A stretch of 64,000 nucleotides of DNA from Octopus sinensis (taxonomy: Eukaryota). The position numbers and the translations under genes are program-made. The number at the start of each line of letters is the position of its first letter. Positions within the stretch are counted from its first letter, which is position 1. The stretch covers positions 248,001 to 312,000 of the forward strand of contig NW_021833026.1 of assembly GCF_006345805.1 (NCBI RefSeq), in the 5' to 3' direction. This document shows, one piece after another, positions 1-11,362 of this stretch. The notes under the pieces are model-generated. The model was not told the DNA's origin. It searched no databases and saw only the letters and a program-made list of their open reading frames with translations.

Positions 1-345
1 TGAGGTCCCTAAAACCTTAAAAAAAAATTAAAAAGATAATGAAGGTGATTCGACCTTTCCACGAGATCGGTCCTTAGGAACATTAAATCAATAAAGAGCT
101 TAAATAGGATATTCATGAGATAATGAAGGTGATTCGACCTCTTCACGAGATCGGTCCCTTAGGAACATTAAATCAATAAAGAGCTTAAATAGGATATTCA
201 TGAGATAATGAAGGTGATTCGACCTCTTCACGAGATCGGTCCCTTAGAAAATTATAATTTTTAAAAAGTCAAAAAAGATACTCATAATAATAATAATGTA
301 AATGATTCGACCTTTTCGTTAGATCGGTTCCCTTAAGAAATCAAA
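1..345 (+). repeat. 84-85 bp tandem repeat in Helitron 5' region
   Basis: GATAATGAAGGTGATTCGACC...GAGATCGGTCC recurs at 35, 119 and 204, with a degenerate copy near 295. Confidence 0.9.
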
Positions 346-1608
346 ATTTAAAAAAGGAAATTCGTGATTGATTTTTAATGTTTTAAATTAGGAAGTTATT
401 CACCGAACCTAATCTTTCCAAAATTAGAAAGTTTCACGTATAAATATCAATCTGAAATAAAATCCTACTTCCAGGCTAACTATTTTCATTGCTATCTGTG
501 CGCGCATGCAAAATTAAGTAATGGTAATTAGTTAACAATTGTGCAAATTTGAATTTTCAACATTACTCATTATAGATATCCACAAAAATAAATACCTCTC
601 CCCTTAACAGAACTTCAAACGATCAAAAATTTAACAATAACTAACGTTTTTGTCAATAAATTACTTTTTAACAATATTTCATTATTGAGGATGCTATCAG
701 AGGATTAACTCTATTTCCCTTGAGATATAGAAGATATTAGTTGTTAATTATAGATTGTTTCATTTGTAAGATGTTTAAATCAAAAGTGTTTGTAGAATCT
801 GCCAACAACATCGCAAGTCGAAACTACAGTCACCAAATTCACTTTGAAATTGTTAATTAATCTTAATAAATTAAATGGATATACGGTCGTATTTATGTGA
901 ATTCTCAATCATCTATATAATATATGAAATAAATAGATTATAATTTGAAGTAGATAGTTTCAATTAAGGTTTTTCCAGGTTTAGAATTAAAAACTTCCAA
1001 TTTTAGAAAATTTGATAAATATCTAAATTAAGATGTTTCCATTTTAGGAAATTTTATTTGTATTAATATAAAAAGATCCGTAAAAATAGTATAATATAGT
1101 TTGTTACATAGAAAATAAACATTTCAATAGCAATAGTATAATATAGATAAGAATGTCTGAATTGAGAAAGCACAATAAATTCAGAAATACAAAAACAAAA
1201 GACAAGAAATCGGAAGAAAGAGAGTTTGGGGGGAGAGGAATAATCAAAAAAAAATTGGTATCTAATAGTGAGGATTTGGAAATTATAAATGAGCATAAAA
1301 TAACTAATACTAGCTTACTAAATTTTGCAATATGCGCTAATAGTATGGAATTAGAAAGCTTGCACCAAAGCCATAAAAACAAATATCAAAAAATTTCTGA
1401 GAACAGGAATGAAAATAGTGATTTAACAAAAATTGATAAAGTAAATCACAACTTGACAAAGGTAATAAAAATTTTAATCTATTTTAATAGATATTTGAAC
1501 AAAGAAAAGAAATAAACAAAAGACAAATGCAGAAAAAAAAAAAAAGGAAAAAAACGAATCAACAAAACAAAAAATTATTCGAGAAAGAAAACAACAAACA
1601 AAGGAAGA

Positions 1609-1870
1609 CGATTGCAAGAAGTCAAGAAGGAAACAGAAGAAGAAAGAAAAATTAACAGAAAAGAAAACGACAGACAAAGGAGGACGATTGCAAGAAGTCA
1701 AGAAACAGAAGAAAGAAAAATTAACAGAAAAGAAAACGACAGACAAAGGAGGACGATTGCAAGAAGTCAAGAAACAGAAGAAAGAAAAATTAACAGAAAA
1801 GAAAACGACAGACAAAGGAGGACGATTGCAAGAAGTCAAGAAACAGAAGAAAGAAAAATTAACAGAAAAG
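1609..1870 (+). repeat. 69-bp coding tandem repeat (ETEERKINRKENDRQRRTIARSQ) in the RepHel N-terminus
   Basis: About 3.5 near-perfect 23-aa units in ORF 1612..2004. Confidence 0.85.
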
Positions 1871-4800
1871 AAACAAACAGAATAAGAAACGTTACAATGA
1901 GAAGCCAAAAAATCAAGAAGATCGTTATAAAGAATATCAAGAAATTATATCACGGAGGAATACGAAATTATATAATTCTAAATATTGGGAAATCTAGGAT
2001 TTAATTATAATGCAGTTAATGATTTTAAATATTTGGGGAATATCGGCACTATGTCCGATATATGTAAATTTTGTTCGGCCCTAAAATTTAAAGGGGAAAC
2101 AGCAGGCATGTGTTGCAATCTTGGTAAGGTAAATTTGCCTTCCTTATCGATTCCACCAAAACCACTATTGACGCTATTAAGAAATGAATCGCCGATCTCT
2201 AAGCATTTTCTTGAAAATATTCGAAAGTATAATAATTGTTTTCAGATGACATCGTTTGGAACAACAGGTAATTTTATTTATACGGGTTATATGCCCACAT
2301 ATAAGGTTCTTGGTCAAGTTTATCATAGGATGGGGTCACTACTCCCAAATGCAGGTGAGCAACATAGCTTTTTACAAATATATTTTTTGGAAAATTTTGA
2401 GGATCAGTCAACAAGAAGATTAGAAACAGAACCAAAATTACGTCAATCTATAATTAACATGTTACAAAACATGTTACAAGAACATAATTCATATATTTTA
2501 TCTTTTAGGACTGTTATGCGGACTACAAGAGAAAAGGACTATAAAGTAATTATTCATGCAGATAGGACACCTACGGGAGCACATGAAGGACGGTACAACA
2601 TACCAAGTTCTAATCAGGTTGGGGTTTTGATAGTAGGGCAACAATATGATAAACGAGATATTATCGTTAATCATAAAGACAGTGGACTACGAAGAATTTC
2701 AGAAACACATCGTTCATATGATGCTCTACAGTACCCTCTGATATTTTCAAGAGGGGCAGATGGATATAATTTTAAGGTTATGCAGCAAAATCCACTGACA
2801 GGACAAAATACAAATAAAAAAATTAGCTGTATGGCATTTTACTCCTATAGATTCATGCTAAGAAAAGAAGAATTTAATACTATTCATCGAACAGGACAAT
2901 TGTTTAATCAATATTTAGTTGACATGTATGCGAAGATTGAATCTGAGAGACTATTATACTTTCGTTTAAATCAACAAACAACGAAAACTTAGAGCAGAAG
3001 AATATATACATCTCAGAGATGCGATTATTAATGATGGTAATGTTTCTGATGTAGGTCAAATGATCATATTACCCTCATCATTTACAGGAGGACCAAGATA
3101 TATGCATGAACGAACACAAGATGCAATGACATACGTAAGAAATTACGGTACTCCAGATTTATTCATTACGATTACGTGTAATCCTAAATGGCCAGAAATT
3201 ATTGATAACTTATTCATAGGTCAAAAGTCCGAGAATAGACATGATATAATTGCAAGAGTTTTTAGACAGAAAATTATTAAACTGATGGACCTAATAACGA
3301 AGAGTCATATATATGGGAAGACACGATGCCATATATACAGTTGAATGGCAGAAAAGAGGACTTCCACATTCACACATTTTGATATGGTTAGTTAACAAAA
3401 TTAGGCCCACTGAAATAGACGACTGCATATCCGCTGAAATTCCAAATCCAGAAGAGGATCTGGAATTATATGAGACCATCAGGAAAAATATGATACATGG
3501 TCCATGTGGAATTCTTAATAGGTCTTCACCATGTATGAAGAACGGTAAGTGTAGTAAAGGGTATCCAAAAGAATTTCTTTTCAATACTCAAACAGGAGAA
3601 AATGGGTATCCTCTTTACCGTAGGAGAAGGCCAAATGATGGGGGACATACAGTGACTATCAACGAAGGCAAGGAAAATGAAATAACAGTGGATAACAGGT
3701 GGGTAGTGCCTTATAGTCCACTGTTATGTAAAATTTTTAATGCTCATATAAATGTAGAATTCTGCAACTCAATTAAATCAATTAAATATGTCTGCAAATA
3801 CATCAACAAGGGGTCAGATCAGGCAGTTTTTACTATTGAAGGACGGGATGAGGTGACTCAATACATGCATGGGAGATATTTGCAGCAGTGAGGCTGCGTG
3901 GAAAATATTTGGATTTCCCATACATGATAGATATCCTTTGGTAATGCATTTAGAGGTACATTTGGAAAATGGACAAAGAGTTTACTTCAATGAAGAAAAT
4001 GTACAAGACCAAATACAAAACCCAAGGAATTCTACACTAATGGCTTTTTTTGAACTTTGTACATTAGACACATTTGCAAAAACATTATTATATTGTGAAA
4101 TTCCAAGATACTACAGGTGGGAAACTACCGGTAAGAAATTCAAACGAAGGATAAGAGGAGAACCAGTGAATGGACATCCAGGAATTGTAAGTAGTGATGC
4201 ATTGGGCAGGGTGTACACAGTTCACCCTAATAATGCCGAATGTTATTGTGTTAGGTTACTTCTGCATAACATCCGAGGACCGACATTTTTTACCGATTTA
4301 AAGACAGTTGATGGAGTAATCTGCGCAACATTTAGAGAAGCCTGTTTTAAATTGGGACTTTTAGAGGATGATAAAAGCTGGGACGACGCATTGACCGAAG
4401 CTGGGATTTTCAATATGCCATCAAAGATTAGATATTTATTACATTGATGTTGGCATATTGTAATATATCAAATCCTCTACAACTGTGGGAGAAGCATAAA
4501 GAAATAATGTGTGAAGATATATTAAAGAGGGATGCAAAATCAGGTTTTGACGAGGACATTTTTAATGAAGGATTACTAATTATTAATAGATCACTCGAAT
4601 CAGTCATTGGGAAAAATATATGTGAGTACGGGTTTAGCGTTAACAGTCAAAATATTACAAATAATTTGGAATATGACAAATATAATTTAGAAGAACTACA
4701 AAAAATACTTAATGAAAGGGAACCGAATTTATTGGAAGGTCAATTAAGAATCTACAATGAAATAAACAGAAAGATTGAAGAAAATGATGGTAAAATATTC

Positions 4801-6086
4801 TTCATAGATGCACCGGGAGGTACAGGTAAAACATATCTATTAAATTTATTATTGGCAAAGGCGAGATGCAATAATAAAATAGCTATAGCAGTTGCTTCTA
4901 CAGGTATTGCGGCTACGCTTTTAGATGGTGGACGAACAGCACATTCAATGTTCAAACTACCATTAAATCTAGCAAAGGATATGGAGCCAGTTTGTAATAT
5001 TAAAGGAAATTCACTTATTGGGACTATTATACGTGATTGTAATCTAATAGTATGGGATGAGTGTACAATGGTAAGTAAAAGAGCATTTGAAGCAGTTGAC
5101 AGAACTTTTCGCGACATCAAACATTCAGATTCACCTTTTGGTGGATCGGTGTTAGTATTAGCAGGTGATTTTAGACAGACACTGCCTATTATTCAAAGAG
5201 GAACACCAGCAGATGAACTTAATGCATGTTTGAAATCATCGTATTTGTGGACCTTGGTAAAAAAAATAAGTCTAAATGTAAATATTCGTGCACAAAAGTC
5301 AGAAACAAATTCATTCGCTAAGGTACTTTTAAATGTAGGGAATGGAACACTCGAAACAAATTCAGAAGATTTTAAGGTATCACTACCTCCAGAGTTATGC
5401 ATAAATGTAAACAGACCAGAAGAATTATTAACCTCAGTTTATCCAAATCTAGAGGAAAATTACACATGCTTTGACTGGCTTAGGGAAAGAGCAATACTAG
5501 CACCACTAAATGACGAAGTACATAATATTAATTTAGATTTGCTCATTAAATTACCAGGAATGGAACGTATTTATAAATCTGTAGATGTAATTATGGATCA
5601 AGAAACAGCATGTGAATATCCTGTGGAATTTCTAAATTCTTTAGAACCGTCAGGGATGCCTCATCATACTTTAAAATTAAAGGTAGGAGCGCCAGTTGTT
5701 CTATTACGAAATCTAGAATCTCCAAGGTTATGTAATGGTACAAGATTAGTAATAACAAATTTAATGTCTAATATTATAGAAGCAACGATATTAACGGGGA
5801 AAAATAAAGGAGAAGATGTTTATATTCCAAAAATTCCAATAATTTCGGATGAATTACCATTTAGATTTAAGAGACTACAATTTCCATTGAAGTTGAGTTT
5901 CGCAATGACAATCAACAAATCACAGGGACAAACCCTTAAGTAGTAGGTTTATTTTTAGCAAGTGAATGTTTTTCACATGGACAATTGTATGTAGGTTGTT
6001 CTAGGGTAGGTGAACGAGAAAACCTATTCATATACACCAAAGATTGTCGTACAAGCAATATAGTGTATCAACAAGCATTACAATAA
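1612..6086 (+). CDS. Helitron Rep/PIF1-helicase, broken by about 5 small indels
   Basis: Rep motifs PDLFITITCNPKW, EWQKRGLPHSHILIW (HUH) and KYINKG; helicase [45 protein letters not shown]. Breaks near 2980, 3340, 3880, 4440 and 5940. Confidence 0.92.
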
Positions 6087-6490
6087 TAAGATCTATATAA
6101 TATTTGATAATTTTATACTATAACAATCAATTTTTATTATATAGACGAGTGCTTTTCACATGGCCAGCTGTATGTGGGATGCTCAAGGGTAGGTAGAAGA
6201 GAAAATTTATATTGCCAAGGATGGACGGACTGCAAACATCGTTTATCCACAGGCCTTAGAATAAGGTTATATCAAAGCAGGTCGCATTTATATATCTAAA
6301 TAAATTTATAGTTATTTAAGGAAACTGCGAGCGTAGCGAGCAGGGCCTCCGCAGGAGCTAGCTCGCAGTGAGCAAAGCGAACTGCTGAGCTAGTTTATAC
6401 ATAAATTTGTTTTAATTTCATTAGGTTCCAAAACAAATTTTATAGCTTTCCAAACGATAGCTAGAGTCTTATTAACATGGTCTCGTAGGG

Positions 6491-7569
6491 CAGGGGTTGT
6501 CTCATCAACTCATTCTCCGCGGCCGGATTACAAAAAATTTTAGGATACGCGGGCCAGCTATTATTGTGATGTTTTAACAAAATTTTTACTACGATTTTTA
6601 ATTTATAATTTTAATTAAAAATCAATTTAACCACACATTTATTAATTTTTATAAATTAAATATCTTCCAGAAACTAATTTTAAAATTATTAACAACACAT
6701 TTATAATTTTTATAATTAAAATATGGTTCCAGAAACTTGACATCTTTTTTTCTTCATAATAGCGTCAATATCTGGAGTGAAATCCTGAGTTACCGTCAAT
6801 CTTAGAATCTCATTTAGATAAGTGTGGGTGAGCCTTGATCGAAATTTTGTTTTGTTTATTGTTCATTAAAGAGAAAAGTCGTAACATAGATATGTACTCC
6901 AAACATTGACAAGATTTTCGCAGCTAAGGCTGTTAAGTTGGGATACTTCCGCAAGAGATGTTTATAAAAGGTGTCCAAGCCCACCATGGTATATTTATTC
7001 TTCAGATCTGAGTCACATTTCTAATCAATTTCTTCTCTTTTCTAATTTTTCTCATCAAATTATTGTATTCATGAGCATGGTGGGTTTGGTAATGTCGTCG
7101 AAAGTTATATTCTTTGACAACTGAAATTTCTTGTCTACAGACCAAACAAGTAGGTTTCCGATTTAAATCGGCAAAGAAATATTCCAGTTTCCACTTTTTT
7201 GAAAAGTGCATTCTGTATCAACTTTGCGTTTTGTTGGAAAAGGCATCAGCACAAAACAAGAAAAACAATTAGAATAATAGTACGCTCTAATTCTTTCTCG
7301 ATCGCGTCGGCTTCCCGCACTTGAAGCTTTTAATTAATTAACTTGTAGTTATTGGTTGGTTTTCAAAAAAAAAATTAGAATAATATAAATCCAAAAAACA
7401 ATTAATTATTTTTTAAGTACTAATTTTTTTATCTTTATTTATATTCTAGAATCTAGATTCTTGTATTTTTATTTGGTGTTAAATAATAATTTTAGATTTT
7501 AAATACATTTTTAAACTTTTACCGCGGGCCATTTGAGATCGTCCGCGGGCCGTATCTTTGACACCCCCG
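6491..7569 (-). mobile_element. Internally deleted hAT transposon (SPIN/GTF2IRD2-like)
   Basis: 8-bp TSD TCGTAGGG (6483-6490, 7570-7577); CAGGGG/CGGGGG ends; subterminal GCGGGCC motifs; remnant KWKLEYFF...CLVC...KEYNFRRHYQTHH. Confidence 0.88.
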
Positions 7570-7649
7570 TCGTAGGGGATATCATTATTGATTTTCATAA
7601 CTGTTGAACTAATTTGGACTTTGTCATGTTGTAACCATTTTCACTACTA

Positions 7650-7900
7650 TTCTGATCACTGTAATATCTTAGGCGCACAAGAAACTTGCAATAATTGGAG
7701 TAATTTGTCTCCTATTGTCACCGTACGACGAGCTACGCAAGTCGTACTCACACGTAGAACATGATTCACACGTTCTATGCTAATTCCATATGCCAAGCTC
7801 TTCATATGATTGAATAATTTATCCCGGCGTGGATGGCCCGTATCCAGGTAACACATCCGAACATAATCAACCAGGCCCCTATGGGCAGCCTGTCCGTTAC
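7650..7900 (-). pseudogene. Degenerate KRBA2/Ginger-type integrase fragment (Zn-binding region)
   Basis: DTGHPRRDKLFNHMKSLAYGISIERVNHVLRVSTTC resembles the HHCC region of the other integrases in this window. Confidence 0.5.
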
Positions 7901-8181
7901 GTATTACTATAGCATGTTATTTTTTTTAACGAGACATCAGCACCGATTTTTTCTCACTATTTGAAAATTCGGTTTAAACGTGAATTTCACATACGATTCC
8001 TAAGATTACTTAACTTAAGATTATTTAACTTCTCGCAGAGAACCCGAATGTCGGTATTTTGAATTCTGACCCATTGCCAGACTGTAGAATCTGACAGAGA
8101 ACCTGCGGATTATTGAATTTTCGAATCATTGAATCAAATTTGGCAAGAAAAAGTTTGAAAATTTATGATTTCAATTAAAAA

Positions 8182-8239
8182 AATTCGGATTATTGAAGTT
8201 TTTCCGATTATTGAAATTCGGATTAACGAGGGTTGACTG
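8182..8239 (-). mobile_element. Solo pogo/Tigger-like terminal inverted repeat
   Basis: Reverse complement reads TA|CAGTCAACCCTCGTTAATCCGAATTTCAATAATCGG with repeated AATAATCCGAA; partner end not found. Confidence 0.55.
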
Positions 8240-8261
8240 TAATATCATCCACAGTATAAAC

Positions 8262-8330
8262 CAGTAGTTCTCAACCTTTAGAGAGCGCAGCAACCTAACG
8301 ACATTTTATTTGGCTTACGGAACCCATTAT
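8262..8330 (+). mobile_element. Solo hAT-like left terminus
   Basis: CAGTAGTTCTCAACCTTT resembles Charlie/Chaplin-type hAT TIRs; no partner found. Confidence 0.4.
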
Positions 8331-8959
8331 AGTTTTTACCAATTGTCAGTATTTTATGTCACGGGTTGGATAATGCCACGTGTTAGAATCATCTCCTAGT
8401 TTTAAATCTTCAAATTCCCATTTCAGCCTCCTTTTCATTTTTTCTCCGGCATTAACATAGCTTTCATACACACTTTGTTAATTCAAACAATCGTCATTGT
8501 TTCAAAATAATTGGATCCAATTGGTTCCGATTGACTTAATTCCTCCACTTCATTTTCGTGAAATAGTAATAACGCTGATCTTATTTCTTCCCGGATTAGA
8601 TTACTTCCCAGAATAAAAATTTCAAAAGGTGTCCTCTTGGTCGTTTCATTCTTTACTGTGTTATATTTATAAATGATTTCTTGATAAGAATTTTTATAGC
8701 TTCAAAAAACCCATTTGACGCACTAGTGGAACTAATCCATCTTTTGATCGATTGATTGAATCGAAGGCAACTTCTCTCTTCCAAAATGTTCCTTATATGT
8801 TCAATCTAAAATAATTATCTAACAATCACCTCAATAGGTTTTAGTTTAAGTTTTTTTTTCTTGGGAAAAAGGCGTAACCTCTGGTTTTTGTATTTTATGA
8901 AACTATCCCTCCGTTTTCAAAAATTAACTGTTGTGATAATTTTCTGTATTTTTTTAGAT

Positions 8960-9300
8960 TTTTCAAATCGGTCGATAAAAAATACATTTGATTTCGGCAA
9001 GTTCATTTTTGATAGTTTTGCTTTTGATAGGTCAACTCTTAAATGTGCATTGTTTTCCTGTACTTCTGGCATATGGCCGTAAACCACCGATGACTCCATA
9101 CTATGTCAGCGGTTGATCTTTCCAGTCTGAATCCGCTTTGACTTTGGACAATTATTGATCAATTGATTTTGATATACGATTCAATGTTATAATCGACAGG
9201 ATTTTTCGCAACGTGGTCAAAAGCACGATTGGCCTGAGGTTTTCAATTGGACCTGCAAGTTTGCTAGATTTTTAAAGAGGAAGTAGAACTCCCATCGCGA
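8960..9300 (-). pseudogene. Degenerate non-LTR (RTE-like) reverse transcriptase fragment
   Basis: Manual translation: ENLRPIVLLTTLRKILS...QSGFRLERSTADIVWSHRW...DLSKA. Confidence 0.8.
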
Positions 9301-9932
9301 GTTCAATTAGACAATGAGTACTGAATATCTCACTGATTATAAACGTTATCCTTTTTACAAGCTTGGTCAGTGCGTATTTCAAAAAATCTGCAAATATTAT
9401 GTCGCGAGCGCAGCGAGCACGCGAGCGCGACGCGCACATTTATTATATTTAAAATGGACTTAGTTTTTTTCAAAAAGAAAAAAAGCCATCGAAGCGCTGA
9501 TTTTTACGGGCGCTGGAGTCCGAAAGATTTGGAAAGGTAACAAAATATTTATGTCACACTAAATATGTAAAAACTTGTTTTATAAAGTTTTCTTTAAATT
9601 TTATAAATTAAAAAAATACACTGCCAAATAAATTTAATGGAAATTCTGATAATTTGATAAATATTTTAAATGATAGAAATTCGGAAAATCGTTAAAATAG
9701 CTTGACATGTATGAGTATATGGCTGACGTCTTATAAATCCAATAGTTTATCTAATCACCGAATAGTTAGACAAAAAATAATTAGACATGTTTTTATTTTT
9801 TTAAATACAAAAAAAATTTTTAGCCAACAAAAAAATCATATAATCTTTTTAAGTCTTTTGAGTGTATCTTTTTATGCATTCCTTCCCTGGTGCATATCAT
9901 GACAAAATTATTAGATAACTTTTCAATTATTA

Positions 9933-10358
9933 GCCCGTTGGCTGAAGACTAAGCTATGATAATGGATTTGGACAGTCGTGAGTTCGATTCCGAAGGAGGA
10001 CAGTTTTCATCCTGGGGCTAATTCTCGTTATTGTTCCCCTGCCCGTGAGGCAACGAGTACTTCTGGCACGACACAGTTGGAAATGGGGATCTCTTACCTT
10101 TCGGGCTTAGCGTGGCGTTATGGGGTCCACCATGTCAGTTGGAGAATTTCACTCGGATATGGCAACGCTCAGGAGGCACTTAATGCCTACCGAAAAAGGA
10201 CCTTTAGCTCTCAGACCCTGGGACATCGTCGTCTCAGGCCGATCATGCGGGCAGGATCGAACCTTTCAGAAGGATCTCCCTCGTTTGGATCGGCGATCAC
10301 GGGAATAACTATAATTAACTGGCTTTGCCCGTGTTTGGTCTTAAAAAAAAAAAAAAAA
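9933..10358 (+). mobile_element. Possible tRNA-derived SINE or other retroposed RNA
   Basis: GC-richer island; A-box-like TGGCTGAAG (9939), B-box-like GTTCGATTCC (9982), 16-nt poly(A) at 10343-10358; no convincing TSD or cloverleaf. Confidence 0.4.
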
Positions 10359-10574
10359 TGATTTTTACAGGTGAAGAATATGGGCTCTCAAATTTTTCTA
10401 ATCTGAGAGATGGATTTGTCCCATAATCTTTTTGAATTCTTGCCTTTGAAATAACAAAAAATAACGTATACAGTATCTCCTGCTTTCAAATCGTACTTAG
10501 AACGATGAACACCCATTCTTTTGTTCATTCGTTTGAAATAACGCGAGTCCAAATTAACCGGAACAAAATTAAAA

Positions 10575-10960
10575 TCGAATGATTTTCTGGCTCTTCATTA
10601 GTAGTTACAACATCTAAAAATATTTTCTATCTTGAATCAAACTATCGTCTTCGTTGTCATCAACTTGAGCATCATGGACAACCGGATTAAAACCAAATAT
10701 TCCATGATATCGCACATCTATATTATAGTTTTTATTTATAGCACCTGTCGAAGATGCGTTTTAAAATCATTGTGCCGACTTCTGGCTCATCATTAGTAGT
10801 TATAAAATCTAAAAAAAATTTTTTTGAATTAAACTATCGTCTCTGTTGTCATCAACTTGTGCATCATAGACAATTGGATTAAACCAGGTATTCCACGATA
10901 TCGCATAAATGGTGTTTCATCTATATTATAGTTTTTATTTATAGCACCTGTCGAAGAATG
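10575..10960. repeat. About 200-bp tandem duplication at the integrase 3' end
   Basis: CTGGCTC..CATTAGTAGTT...GCACCTGTCGAAGA is present twice. Confidence 0.75.
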
Positions 10961-11362
10961 TTTTGTCAGATTATACACATAAACCGCTTTCCTGATATGC
11001 TTAATCCAAGTTTTGTTCTGGTCTTCAAACACATCATTTTTGACAAAGATCTCGAAATTGTCTGATTAAACCGTTCTAAAAATCTCGAAATCGTCTGACT
11101 AAACCTATAATCCCCTGACTTTTAGGGTGATTAGGTCGTCCATGGATTTGTTTAACGTTATATTCCGCAAAAAGATTCGAAATGTGGGAATTTTTAAATT
11201 CCTTTCCATTGTCGGACTGAAAAAAATTCACAAGGTCCGTAGTCCATAAAAATTTCTTCAAGATTTTTCGCTACTTCTACACCTGATTTGTTTTTTAAAT
11301 TGCGTGTAATAGCATATTTGCTATATACATCAATGACTGTTAATAGCCACGTATATGAGTCA
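10700..11362 (-). pseudogene. Ginger/KRBA2-type DDE integrase, C-terminal part, with 29- and 27-nt introns
   Basis: YTWLLTVIDVYSKY, QSDNGKEF, HGRPNHPKSQGII|ERFNQTI after splicing 11076-11104; HSST|DETPF after splicing 10921-10947. Confidence 0.85.

Larger units (their letters stand above)
1..6393 (+). mobile_element. Near-complete autonomous-type Helitron (5' end lies before the window)
   Basis: RepHel coding region, 5' tandem array, and 3' end with GC-rich hairpins ending CTAG|T at 6390-6394. Confidence 0.93.

Noticed and set aside
1063-1908. Minus-strand F/L/C-rich ORFs
   Set aside because: Antisense shadows of A-rich RepHel N-terminal sequence.
9400-9438. TGTCGCGA...CGCGCACA as the TIR of the 10.7-13.9 kb integrase element
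   Set aside because: Only 8 nt match the Ginger TIR and no partner end was found near 13960.
9940-10000. Hammerhead ribozyme (CTGAAGA) or intact tRNA
   Set aside because: No GAAA core with closing stems; acceptor and T stems do not pair.
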